Assembly: GCA_043228905.1 (NCBI GenBank)
Contig: JBHGNT010000015.1
Coordinates: 7,502,001 to 7,566,000, forward strand
Direction: 5' to 3'
Length of the DNA: 64,000 bases
From: Azolla caroliniana
Taxonomy: Eukaryota; Plantae; Polypodiophyta
Shown here: one piece after another, positions 27,470 to 40,443 of the stretch
Layout: each line of letters starts with the position of its first letter
Position numbering within the stretch: position 1 is the stretch's first letter
Position numbers and translations under genes: made by a program
The notes under the pieces: model-generated
Told to the model about the DNA's origin: nothing
What the model saw: the letters and a program-made list of their open reading frames with translations, nothing else
The model's database searches: none

Positions 27470-27900
27470 AGATCACTTGCGAGTAGCAAATAATAGTGTT
27501 GTGTTAATCAAAGAATGTATGGTACTATTGTAGGCAAAGTTTGCAAGTGGTAAGAATTGTAGCCCTTGAGAAGTTGGTACAAGTGCTTCAAGAAATTTAA
27601 GATAAACAAAGGCCCAAGATCCAACACGATGTCCACTAGAAGACAATGGAAAAGACCATAGGGACAATGGTCAAGAAATTAGAGCAAACATAAAGTTTCA
27701 CATCTTGAAAGTTACCCATCCATCAAGTTGTCATCATATTCTAAGAAGATCTTGAGTTGATGTGGGTCATCTAGGAAATAGACAAGATTATTTTAAAGTA
27801 GGAATCCCTCTTTAAATGTAAATTGTTCCAGTTCATTCTATAATTTTCCATATGTGGGATCTTCCAAGATTTATTTTACCTCTTTGGATAACTAATTGGT
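27470..27900 (-). pseudogene. Highly decayed gypsy integrase remnant
   Basis: FLPLANFAYNSTIHS motif, the integrase-core LPxxEFAYNxxxH. Confidence 0.55.
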
Positions 27901-28478
27901 GAGGCAAGTTTTGTGATGATGGCTCTGATTACAAATTTTCCTTCATGGAGTGTAAATGCAAAAATATCTTGACTTTGTAAGGGTTCTAAAGACACTCCGA
28001 CCGTTGTACTTCTACTGTGAACTCCTGTTGGAGTTAGGGCTAAGCCCACTGATTTCTTTGTGTATATTTTCTCTATGCATATCAAATGTAACTTATAGCA
28101 GAACAGAACACACAACCCATGCTTACTCTAGGGTGAAAGCAAGCTACGGTATACTAACTTTTGGCTAAAATTCTACTACTAATTCGATGAGGAGAGAAAA
28201 CATAGAAATTTGAAAATAATCCAATATTTTGGACGAAAAAGTTGATCATCACTTGTTATAAAAATAAAAGTCATCTTTAATGAGTTTTGGATTTCAAATA
28301 ACAATAAACATTGCACATCCCTCCACTATTATATCTGTGTCCAAGTGTCCCGCATGTTATCAATTTCATTTGAGGTTATCAGTTCACACTCCCAGGTAAG
28401 GTTGTACGAAGTATTTAACTGTATAAGATTTCGAGCTGTCAATCAATCAGTCCGAAGCAAATCGACAATACCACATGA

Positions 28479-28887
28479 TGTTAGCCAGCCGGCAAGGAGT
28501 GGAGGACATTCCAGAATGTGAAAGGGCGGGAATTATCGGAAGCTGTTATTAGGATATTACATAATGAAGTATATTTTGAGAAGTGAACGGACGGACCGGA
28601 ATCGGTATGCCGATCCGGATCTATCGGTGTGCCGGTTGGCACCGTTTTGTATGCAGAGTCGGTGATCTATAAAAAGGCCCGGTTACATTGTAAAACAGGA
28701 CGGATAATTAATAAAGACCTATTGTCTTATCTCTCTGTATTGATTACCGTTCTGTGTTAATTACTTTCTATCTTAAGAGTTTATTAAGATTCATGATATG
28801 TTGCTTAAGTAGTCGATAAAGGTCAGATCAATCGTTAGTCTAAGTTACCTCGCCGTAACACCCTTTGGTGAAGTGTCTCCCGTAGAC
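28479..28887 (+). repeat. Truncated LTR of the non-chromoviral gypsy family
   Basis: Starts TGTTAGCCAGCCGGC and shares AACGGACGGACC..ATCGGTATGCCGATCC and GTAACACCC.TTGGTGAAGTGTCT with the LTR at 55685-56132. Confidence 0.8.
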
Positions 28888-29586
28888 TATACTAGCTCAT
28901 GGTATGGCATGATGGTGAGTTGGCTTCTTGTGAATGGTCTAGACATTAATAACCTACCTCCCCTTAGGTACAACCACACGATTGATAACACTTTAATCTC
29001 TCATGAGGACTGTAATAAAGTAATAAGCGAAGAAATATGGCAAATTTACACTCTGTATAAATGGATCACCCCACTAGAGCCACTCCCATCTAAAATGTTG
29101 TACTATAAGGAACACTTCATGCACATCTCTAAGTTAGGTTTTATCACGCGGCCAAAATATCTAGTTGTATGCTTACCACATGCACTAAGGGTTTCTCCTC
29201 TATGGTTGTTGTTGCTCATGGTTTCTCCTCTATTCATTTAAGATTTTTGTACATGCATTTGCTTGAATCTTATACAAGCTCACATACGGATGTTATGATG
29301 ATATGATATTATGTTCTTGTTGATGAAGTTAAATATTCTTGTTCTTGTTTGTCTGTTGTTGTTGTTCATGTTTTTCTCCTTTGTTCATTTGAGAGTCTTG
29401 TGGATGCATATGCTTGGATCTTGTACAAGTTCACATATGAAAGGGTAGGGTGCTATGATGATATGATGCTATGTTCTTGTTCATGTCTATTAGTTATTGT
29501 CCTTTTTGTTGATGTTGTTTCTTTTTTTCTCCTTTGTTTGTGTGATTGTCTTGTACATGCACATGCTAGGCTAGGATTGTAGATCT

Positions 29587-32545
29587 GTAGCGGCATACCG
29601 GTTACAATCCGATCTGGATCTTGGTTTTGGATACCGATCCAGATACCTATCCGGTTCTCCGTTCCGGATACCGCTCGGACTCCGGCTTATTCAACCGATC
29701 CGGATCCGGTTGAGCTTGTCCACACACCTTGACCTTCTCGGTCGGCTTGCCTACTCATAACGCCCAACTCAGCTCCCTCATTGTTATGACTTTGGCGCTT
29801 CTCGACCCGTCAACACCTCCATGTCGGCGTCGACTTCCGTTTGCTTCTAGTCTGCTTAGTCTTCAACAGATCCGGCTTCTCCAAATCAAACCATGGAACT
29901 GAATCGGCTTCCTCCGATTCGTTCTCCAAATCTTGTCCAAGATGGTTGTCTCCAACTCGTCCTGGATGTTTAGGCCCTTCACAACATCGGATCATGTTCA
30001 CGTCTTGGCCTTCTTCTTCCGGTCGGCTCTGTCCTTCTTGACTCTATCACCGAACCAACTTGTTCCAACTTGTTCGGATGTGCCGACTTCTTTAGTCGAC
30101 GGCCTCCTTTTTCTTCTTGTCTCCCCATGTTTTGGTTGTTTCCTTCTCTTCGGCTCCTTGTCCGGTGCCATTACCGGTCTTCCCGGTTTTGATTTCCTCC
30201 TCCTTTCTCCCCCTCAAATGCGGCACGTCGAGATACCGAATACCCAACATCTCTGAGAAGTGTTGCAAATTGTTAGTTCCGAGATCCTTGGTGAAAATGT
30301 CGGTAACTTGCTGATCCATTCGACTTCATCATTGAGGACCCACTCCTACACAAAGTGATAATGCACCTCAATATGCTTGGTGTGAGCATGAAACACGGGA
30401 TTCTTTGCAAGCTGCATACTACTCATGTTATCGCAGTAATCGGGATTGGACTTTGTACTTTGATCCAGCCATCTTGTAGCAGCTTCCAAAGCCAGATGGC
30501 TTCACATGTGGCAACGGTAGCTCCCCGATACTTAGCCTTAGTGCTCGATAAAGCCAATGTCGGCTAGTTTTTGCTGCTCCATGCAACAATTGTGCTACCT
30601 AGGGAAAACATGAACCGGAATTGGATCGACGATCTGACGCGTCACCGGCGAAGTCGGCATCTGTATAACCGACTAGCTTTTCGGTTATACCGTGCTAGTA
30701 TAACAGTTCCCGATCCTTAGTGCCAGTAACATACCTGAGTATTCGGTGTGCACGGTCGGCTTATGCATAAACTGACATATCATCCCGATTGGATCGCTAA
30801 TGTCGGGTCGGGTGATTGTAAGATAGATGAGGCTTTTGAAAAATTGTTGGAATTGTTTCTCATTGCAGGCCGGTCTGGAGTTGGGACGTAGCTTCAAGTT
30901 CCGGTCTAGGGGTGTGGAGACTAGTCAAAAATCCGTCATGCCAAACTTGTCCAACATATTTAACACATAGTGTTGTTGTGAGAGCAATATGTCGTTGGGG
31001 GTATGGATCACTTCGATCCCTAGGAAGTAATGAAAGTCCCCCAGGTCCTTCATTTCGAATGCGTCGAAAAGTTGGGATTTCACTCAGACGATTTCAGCGA
31101 GTTTGGATCCGGTGAGGAGCAGATCGTCCACGTATAACAAGATACATACCGAACCTTCTGGACCTCTCTGAATCAACAACGACGAGTTGGACTTAGAGGC
31201 CGCAAACCCCATCTGACGCAACTGGTGTGTGATCTTCGAATTCCAAGCACAGGGAGCTTGCTTCAGGCCGTAAAGCGACTTCTTGAGTCGGCATACTACC
31301 GACTTGTTCATCTCCGACTGAAATTTGTGGGGTTGGATCATGTAGACCTATTTTTGAATATCACCTTGACGAAATGCGTTCTTCACATCCACTTGGTGAA
31401 GATGCCACCCCCTTGCCGCCACAACCACTAGCACCATAAAAACCGTTGTCATCTTCGCTATCGGAGCGAAGGTCTCGTCGTAGTCAAATCTATGGATCTA
31501 TGCATATCCTTTGGCCACTAACTGGTGTCGTGGTGTGGCATGTGCATTGTGAGAAAAAGAGAGGTTCGCGCACATCTCATGAAATAATGTATAAAAACCA
31601 CAACAATAATAATAATAAGTAACTTGTAGTAGCTTAGTGGTTAAGGCTTATAAGTATATGTAGAGAGGTGTAGAGTTTGAGTCTCTCTTCCTATAAATCA
31701 AGGAGGATTTTCCTCCCCTTCCATTTTTGTGATAAAGGAAAAAAAAAAAAAACATGTAATGTTAAAATAAGCTGCTCTTTCCTCTATAAAAGAGGAGGGA
31801 TAGGGCTTATTTGGGGGGTCTACCATTTTGTCTTCTAGGGGTGTACCATTAGGGTTTCATCTTCTCCTCTTCTTCTTGGGTTAGGGTTTGGTAGCCTCCC
31901 TTTCTCCTTATTGCTTTCTCTTTTATCTTTTCCGTCTAGGGTTAGGGTTTGAGAGCTTCTTTCTACGTTTCTATCTTTCTCCTCAACATATTAGAGAACC
32001 TGAGGTTTAGGGTTTTTATGTTCCTTATGAGCATGTAAGGTTATTCTTTCTTATGAGCGTGTTAGGGTTTGGGTTTGGGTTCCTTATACGACGAATTCTT
32101 CGGCATCTCAATGGTAGTCAACTCGGTGGCCTGTTGTGGAAGGGAGGTTGTAGTGGCACGAGGGCTACTCCGAATCGAGGCAACACAGCCGTCGGAAGTA
32201 GTCGACCTCGGAGCTCACTAGACTCGCCTTCACTAGATTATTTTAGCCTTTGATTATTTCATAACCGATTATTGTAATAACCATAGAAATCGTGGTGTCA
32301 AGCATAGCAATTCTAATAAAAACAAAAACCCTAATTTATATCAAAACTTATGTATATTTCCTCCATCTCTTTGTCATAATCTCCCACTTCCTCACCCCTT
32401 GTGTCTCCCCGGTCCAAGGCCCCGGTGGTCCTGTTCAAGCGGCACACACACACAAAACTTCGCGACACCGGACCTTGTACCGGTTGACCAAACTATCGAC
32501 ATTGTACTTCACCTTGAGTACCCACTTCTAGCCTTGTACTGGTTC
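29587..32545 (-). mobile_element. Copia fragment E (partial 3' LTR, RH, RT), interrupted by a solo LTR
   Basis: RT/RH motifs (LKKSLYGLKQAP, LLYVDD, DIFTK) homologous to element B. Confidence 0.85.
31526..32467 (+). mobile_element. Solo LTR with 4-bp TSD
   Basis: Termini TGTCG...CGACA and flanks CTGG/CCGG. The host RT sequence is continuous across the insertion (compare 24311-24332). The 3' end CCCCGGTGGT..CTTCGCGACA resembles 55255-55305. Confidence 0.8.
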
Positions 32546-32559
32546 ACCTTGAATACCCA

Positions 32560-34345
32560 CTTGAACAAGATAGAAACAAGCTTCTTCATTTTCCGGAAAA
32601 AGAAAAGACAGGAACATGGACAAAGGTATGGGAAGCTCACTTCTAACAAAAAAGCTCGATAGGAGCAACTACACATCATGGTCTTAACAGATGCACCAGT
32701 ACCTACTTGGGCATGGGTACTGCAGTAATGTGGAAGGAGCAAATGAAACAACATTCAACAAGCAGAGTTCTTTGTGGCTTTGCATCATGTGTGAGCGATT
32801 AGCTTTTGAGCTATATCCGGGATGTGAAGACGCCAAAGGATGCGTGGGTAAACCTCAAGAGGATCTTCGCCGCAAGCACAATGGCCAGGACGTTGCACCT
32901 TAGGCAAGAGCTCAGCAATGTCCGGCAAAAAATTCTGTCCATGGCCGATTACACAACCCAAATCAAGGAGATATGTGATTCTCTCGCCTCCATCAATGTG
33001 ACCCTCGAGGAGGATGAGATGGTGCAGGTCTATCTCGGAGGGTAGATGGCAAAGTTCAGAGAATTCTGAACAAGGATTTTCATGAGGGAGAATACACCTT
33101 TGTTTTTTGAGCTACAATTGATGTTGCTCGTAGAGGAAAACCACTCGGGTGTGTCGACAAGCACACATACCGACAAGAAGATGTTGTACATAGAGGTGGA
33201 TCGACCCCATGGTTGTGGTGGATGAGGCGGGTTGCCACGCAATGGAGGCGGCCCATAGGAGCAGAACTCGAGGCACAATCGAAATATCAACAACAGTTCG
33301 GGACCCTCCACGAGTAGGGGCAGTCAAGCAGGTGCCGGAAGCCGGCAAGGAAAGACCATGACAGATTGTTGGTATTGTGGCCAAAAGGGCCACATAGAGA
33401 GCAAGTGCTCGAAATAGCGAGCCGATTCGGACAAAGCCAGATCGAGCTGAGGAGATGTAGATAAGCATCAGAGATTACACTATGCTTAAGCCTCAGGGCG
33501 AGCCGAAATAGGCCAGTCTTCATAATGAATCACAAAACCAACTAGATGGCGGTAAACACCTGAAGGTCGAACGAGGTGTTGGATGTGCATTGTGGATTGA
33601 GCCAAATCGAACCAGATGAAGAATCACAAGGAGTGGTTCTCAACTCTAGATAAGCTAGAGCAGTTAACGGTAGTCGAGACTGGCAATGCCACCCCTCACC
33701 CCATCAAGCACATTGGAGATGTCCCTCTAAGCTATGTTGGCTAGAAAGGAATCATGAGAAATGTCTTGCATGTCCTAACAATCACCAAGAACTTGTTCTC
33801 GGTAGGACAAATTGTCAACCGGGGCATGCAAGTTCGATTTACTCACATTGGTTGCTTTATTGAGGAAGAAGGCAAGATCATTGCGCAAGGACACCGAGAA
33901 GGGAGGATGTTCATCCTCGAAAAAAACGACATCGACACCACTATGTTTGCCAAACGGCAAGGTAGAATCAGATATCAATCTGTGGCACGTCAACTTCCCA
34001 TAGCTTCAGGAAATGTGGACGAAGAATATCATTTTTGGCCTAAAATATTCAGTGGCCGAGAGGACCAAGTCTGCGATGCCTACTATTTAGGGAAGCATCA
34101 CAGACCTTCATTCCCCAGTGAGTGTAATTAGAGCCGAAACAAACTCGATTTGATCCACTCGTATCTGTGGGGACCGACACAGAACATGAGCATCGGAGGG
34201 TGCCGATATTTCGTGATCTTCATCAATGACTTCACTCAACATTCCTGCGCATGCTTGATCGAGAAGAATAGTGAAGTCTTCTCTTGTTTCTTGAAGTTGA
34301 AAAGCCTTGCTAAATGGGAAATAGGATGAAAGATCAAATGCCTCC
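32560..34345 (+). mobile_element. Copia fragment F (gag, protease, start of integrase)
   Basis: MHQYLLGHGY, KTPKDAW, CWYCGQKGH and MRNVLHV..ITKNL are homologous to element B. Confidence 0.85.
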
Positions 34346-35173
34346 ATGTTCGTGTCGACTTCCGCTACCCTCTAGATGACTTGGTCAATCGATTGAGCTC
34401 CTCCAAATCGAACATTTCGATTTAATCGGTTGCCTCCAATTTGTTTCGACTCTTGCCCGAATCAGTTGTCCCTGATTCATTCCCGCTCTTATTTGAGTTA
34501 GCTGTCTCCAAGTCGTCCTCGATCCTCAGACCCTTCAAAACATCGGACCACGTCTGTGTCTTAGTCTTCTCGGCTTCTTGGCTTTACCTCCCCCTTTTTC
34601 GGTTGACTTTGTCTCCGTCTTCCCTTTGTGGTTTCTCACCCTACGTCTGACAAGTCTCCACTTGTCTGTCCTATCTGCATGTGTCCGTCCATCCTCAGTT
34701 TCTTCAACCAACCCAAACACTCCGACTTCTTCAATCGGAACGAAATCGAATTCGGTATCCGATTCAGCTTTCCAGACATCTTCTTTTTCGGTTCACCATA
34801 GGTCCTCCTGACTATCTCTCACCATTTCATTCCTCCCCCTCAAGTTCGCATGTCAAGGCACTACAAACCAAGCATGCTTGAAAATTGCCGCAACTTGTGT
34901 AGACCTAAGGGTTTGGGGAAGATATCGGTTGTTTGCCGATCCATTGGAACATATACTAGGTCGACTTCATTGGAGAGGACATGCTCATGGATAAAATGGT
35001 AATGCACCTCAATGTGCTTGGTCCGGGCATGGAAACAGGCTTTTTTGCCAACTAGATGTTGTTGAGGTTGTTACAATGGATCATCATCGTATTGGACACC
35101 TCCATTTGCAGATCCTTTAGTAGCCTCTGGAGTCAAATGGCTTCACATGTTGTGACAACCACTCCTCAATACT

Positions 35174-38100
35174 TGTTAACTCTTAGGGCCGGACAATGGC
35201 CTAACACAGGGTGTCTACGGAAGACACTTCACCAAAGGGGTGTTACGGCAACAGGATTAGACTCAACGCTTAATCCGACTTAATTAGGTTACTTAGCCTC
35301 ATCGTCTTTAATAATCACACGCGTAAGATATAACAATGAAGGCAGAACGGCAATTAACATAGAGAGATAACAACACTAAGCTTTATTAATTAACTGCTAT
35401 TCATTACATTGTATCCGGGCCTTTAAATAGGTTTCCGGTCTGTATTACAAAACGGTGCCATCCGCACCTGTTTGGGATCGGTCCGGATCCAGAATGGCAT
35501 ACCGAGTCCGGTCCGTCCGTCCTCACTCATAGCTTAATTACAACCACATTCCTACTACTTAAAGAACTCCCCGTTTCACACTCTGGACTCCTCTGCCGGC
35601 CGGTAACACATGGCACGCCCGTGGGACAGTAACTTGTACGTCGAATCCACAACCGACCCTTGCTATTCTTCGTCCAAAATATCCAGAATGCTTTGTTCGA
35701 GAGTCTCCAATGGTTCATCGGGAATTGGTTGTCGTTGTTGTTGTTGTTGCTACTGTTGCTGCTTTGTTGCTACTGTTACTCCCCGTTTCACACTCTGGAC
35801 TCCTTTGCCGGCCGGTAACACATGGCACGCCCGTGGGACAGTAACTTGTACGTCGAATCCACAACCGACCCTTGCTATTCTTCGTCCAAAATATCCAGAA
35901 TGCTTTGTTCGAGAGTCTCCAATGGTTCATCAGGAATTGGTTGTTGTTGTTGTTGTTGTTGCTACTGTTGCTGCTTTGTTGATGTCTGTTGCGACGGGTC
36001 CGTTGGTGGCTGTTGTGGCTGCTCCTCCGTTTGTTGCTCTGACACCGGCGTAGTGGTCTCCGGTTGACTGGGTCCGGGCTGGCCCTCGGCCAGCGACGGT
36101 TCCTCATCACTAAGGTTAACCGTTGCCACTGCCCGTGCTTTTTCTTCCCGATCCTGGGACCGCTCGTAGCTTTCAAACTGGATTTGAGCGTCCAACCTAT
36201 CATCGTCTAGCTGAGCTACGAGTCGTCGGACCTGCGCCAGCTGTTCATCCGCCAGGACTTGGAAGTCGTCGGCCAGCTCGTCCCGTATGGTGGTGAAGTC
36301 CTCGGAAGTCAATGTATAACAATCATCTCCTTCCTTCCGCCGGTTTGCCACGTCTGCCCGTAGCAATTGGAGTTCCGCCGCGTTTTGTGCCCACTTTGTC
36401 CACCATCTTACGGAGCTTTCATCAATCAAGTGTTTTGTCTGATTCAGCCATGCCTGGAGGATGGACTGAATCCGGCCCGTTCCCAATTGCGATTTGCTTT
36501 CCGCCGCTTGTCGTTCCTCCTTCAGTTGCTTGATGATTTTGACGTTGTCCTCCGCCTGCTCCTTGTAATGCGTCAATTGCCTTTGATATGTGCTTTGTAA
36601 TTTCTGCAATACTGTTGACGCTCTCTCCTTTTCTTCCTGCTGCTGCCTCTGGAGCTCCATCCGGACCTTCTCCGCCTCATCCAAGCGTCTTGTATTTTCC
36701 GCACGTTCATCGGCGATCGTCGTCGCGGCCCGATCAACTTCCTACTGGAGCTCGGCCATCCGTTCCTTATGCTCCGTTTCCAACCGTTTGTAGTCCCGGT
36801 GTAGGTGCTCAAAATCATCTGTCTTTTGCTTGAGCCGTCCGTTGATCTGTCGACGGGCCCGGTCCTCGCGGTCCTTCTGCTGGCGGAGCTCTTCCTTTAG
36901 CCGTTCAATTTCCGTTTCCGCCGTCTTCCGCAGCTTGTCCTTTTCCTGCAGCACGTTGTCTTTTTCCTCCCTTAGCCGTTCGTACGCTTGATGGCCTTTC
37001 CGGAGGCTCTCCTCTGCCTGGCGGAGGTTCTCAGTGGTCTTCTTTAATTCGGCTTCGGCCGCTATCTTCAATTCCCGTTCATGGCTCCTTAGCGCTTCTT
37101 GTGCGGCAAGTTCATCTCTTAATTCCGCAAGCTCCTGGTCTTGCACCGCATCTCTCGCCGGAACGGTTTCCGTTGCCGGGGTCTTATTGGTATGTACAGG
37201 TCGATCCGTTTCTTTATTCTGTACACTTACCGAAGTCACCGGTGATTGGATCTGTGTTGCCGTTAAGGCCATTTTGGCCGTCTCTGTCATGACCTGATCC
37301 AAGTCTTTTTCCAGGCACCGGATTCTGGACCGGGCCGTCTCTAGTTGTTCGGTTGTGACGAGCAACCGTTCGCTTTGCGTTCTTTCTTCCGCCTCAATAT
37401 ATCCCATTGCTCTGGCAATCTGTTTGCCTACCCACCGGAGCCACATGCTACCGGTGCCTTGTTGTTGCGTTTGCCCGGAGGTTTGATGGATGGGCTCACT
37501 TGTAGATGGGTGGTCCCGCCTGATTGCGCCGAGTTGCAATTCCGTTTCTGCCTGTGGACCACCCTGCTGTCCTGGTTCCCCTTGCACTTCTTCTTGGCTG
37601 GCCGAGGGAGGCTGTGTTGACCTTTCCGGCTTTGGCGGGATGGGACTTGCCGGTGTTGCCGGTGGTGCCGGAGCTTCTGATTCCGGTGCCATGCGCACCG
37701 GTTCCAGTTCCTCCCTTGGCGTGGGAGTCTCAGTATGGGGAGCTGGTGTTCCCTCTGTCTGAGGGTCCGAACGTTTGCCGGCTGTCAGCCACTCTTCCTC
37801 GCTTCTTGGGTTGGACGGGCTGGACGGGTGGCACAAGCAAGGTGAGCCACTACGTTACGGCGTGCCATATCCTCCATCCGTCTCAGCCTTCTTTGCCATC
37901 TTTGCCTCTGACGATCTCGATCGCCGCACACAACCCGTCTGCGATCAATACCGGCCAATCCACCTTGATACCTTCACAGGTGGCGATGATCATCCCTGCC
38001 CGGTTCTGCGGCATGACAGGGGGTCTAGGGTACACATGGACGTATTCGTGGAGCACACGAGCAATCTCGCGGAACAACATGTCTCCGCCGCCCTGTGTCC

Positions 38101-39372
38101 GGTAGCCCTTGCTGGCTAGGGAGTACTCACCAAAATACCTGATGAGTTGCTCCGGGGTCGGATTGTCAATCGTGAGTATGCCTCCCTCCGGAAGGCCTGT
38201 TAACGCTCGAATAGCCTCCGCCGTTATGACCTCGGTGTCGATTTCTTTGATCACCTTGTCGGCTTCTTTGTGTGGCGGTACTTCCATCATCATCAAGAAG
38301 CCCTCGAGACCGTGTTGCTTTAGCCATGTCTTGGTAGCCTCCGACAACGTTTGTGGGTCCATGTCTGTGTCGAGGTCGGATTGCGGTGGCGAGGTTGGAT
38401 GGTGATGAGAGTGAGATTGAGAGAGAGAGAGTTCAGATAGCGGGGGTTCTCTGTGCGTAGGTTCTCGTCTGATGATCTTGCAGCGCCTTGGTGCTTCTGT
38501 GCTCCTGGGTTCTCGAAAGTAGAGGGTTTCCACGCGCAGTGGTTTTTCTCTGTGCATTCTGGCGCCTTTTTCGAGTGTGTGCACGTCGTATTCCCCTTCG
38601 AAGTCCGATTCATATGCTGAAAAGGCTTCTGCTTCACCTTCTCCGTTTGCCAACGCGTGGAGAAGGGATTCGGTTTCCCGGAGGCTGCTTAGGCTGCTGC
38701 CGTCGTCCGGGTGCGATGTTTGCTGTAACCAGAGGCAGTCCTCCGCTACTCTCCGGATTACGTTGGAAAACGAGCGATCCGCTCTAATTTCCTGCGCCAC
38801 TTGCTGGAAAGCCTCACGTCTCCTTTGCCTTTCGGCAAGGCGTCGAGTTCGATCTGTAACTAGGTCGTGCGTTGATCTAGACATCCATCCGTGCCGTCGT
38901 TCGCTGCAAAAACAGGAATTGTCGTCGCCAAAAACTATGTTAACTCTTAGGGCCGGACAATGGCCTAACACAGGGTGTCTACGGAAGACACTTAACCAAA
39001 GGGGTGTTACGGCAACAGGATTAGACTCAACGCTTAATCCGACTTAATTAGGTTACTTAGCCTAATCGTCTTTAATAATCACACGCGTAAGATATAACAA
39101 TGAAGGCAAAACGGCAATTAACATAGAGAGATAACAACACTAAGCTTTATTAATTAACTGTTATTCATTACATTGTATCCGGGCCTTTAAATAGGTTTCC
39201 AGTCTGTATTACAAAACGTTGCCATCCGCACCTGTTTGGGATCGGTCCGGATCCGGAACGGCATACCGATTCCGGTCCGTCCGTCCTCACTCATAGCTTA
39301 ATGGCAACCACATTCCTACTACTTAAAGAACTCCCCGTTTCACACTCTGGACTCCTTTGCCGGCCGGTAACA
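35174..39372 (-). mobile_element. Non-autonomous non-chromoviral gypsy: LTR - gag N-terminus fused to extra ORF - LTR, with no pol
   Basis: 435-bp LTRs at 35174-35608 and 38938-39372, TSD ATACT, and PBS TGGCGACGAC (~38921-38930). The internal region is homologous to 56168-56490 and to 60990-63730. Confidence 0.93.
35962..38887 (-). pseudogene. gag-N/extra-ORF fusion (Athila ORF1-like domain, Pro-rich linker, long coiled coil, poly-Q tail)
   Basis: ORFs 37883-38971, 36742-37836 and 35962-36684 are collinear with the + strand extra ORF at 60959-63735. Confidence 0.75.
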
Positions 39373-39942
39373 ATACTCGGCCTCGGTGCTCAACAGTGCA
39401 ACAGTCAGCAACTTCTTGCTTCTCCATGCGATCACAACACTTCCAAGTGTAAATGCGAATCTAGAAGTTGACCTTCGATTGCCAACATTTCTGGCCCAAT
39501 CGACATTTGTGTAGACAACATGCGATCCGTCCATAATGCTCTGATACAACAACCCCCTGTCCTTAGTGCCGCTACCATATTGGAGTATTCGGTGCATGCA
39601 CTAAACGTGCTCCATGGTTAGATGCGCCATGAATTGATTGATCAATCTGACTGGATGGCTGAGATCCGTCTGGGTGATGGTCAAGAATATAAGGCTTCCG
39701 ACTATTTGTCGGAACCTTTTCGGGTTGCATGTTGTTCCAAAGTCGGGGCAAAGCTTCAGTTTCTTATGGATTAGAGGAGTTGAGACGGACTTGCATTCTT
39801 TCATACAAAGGAAGTAATGAAGGTCCCCAGGATCCTTCATTTCAAACGATGCCGCGAAGGTCTTGTCATTATCGATTCCGTCTTGTTGCGCGTAGCGATT
39901 TGCCACTAACCAGAGCTTGTAGCTGTTGACAGAGCCGTCTAT

Positions 39943-40443
39943 TGAGAATTCAATCCCTCCAGATAGGATCCAGATGAGAACCAGACAAGCCGGATCAGAT
40001 GAGCCGAAGGAAGGAGCCGGATCCAGTGACATATCTGTAAATATGTTTCTAGTGTGCCTACCATGGCCATATTTGTAAATATTCCTAAAGTCATTGAGTA
40101 TAAATATGACTTGGCAATCAGTTTAGTAGTGTTGAAGTTTATGATCTTTGTGGTTGTATAGAGAGACACAGAACTTGTTTTCTGTTCTAACTGCCAGTTG
40201 GCGAAGACATAGAGCTCGAGGTCATTGCCTCTGAGTCTCGCATTGTATCATTCCTCTCATAGTGATAGTTAGAGTTTGTGGGCTCCCATGGTTTTTTCGC
40301 GATTAGGGTTTTCCACGTAAACATCTAGTGTTGTCTCATTCTGTGGAAGTGCACTAATCATTTTATTCATCTTCTTCTGTTTTCTTCCACTATGAGTTGA
40401 AGACTCGGTTGTGCTCGAAAACTATTTCCACACACCCTCAACA
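39943..40443 (+). repeat. Probable copia-type solo LTR
   Basis: A TG...CAACA segment interrupts copia RT between VYKFNDN and IDGSVN and contains TATAAATA and GGGTTTTCCACGTAAA. No clear TSD. Confidence 0.55.
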
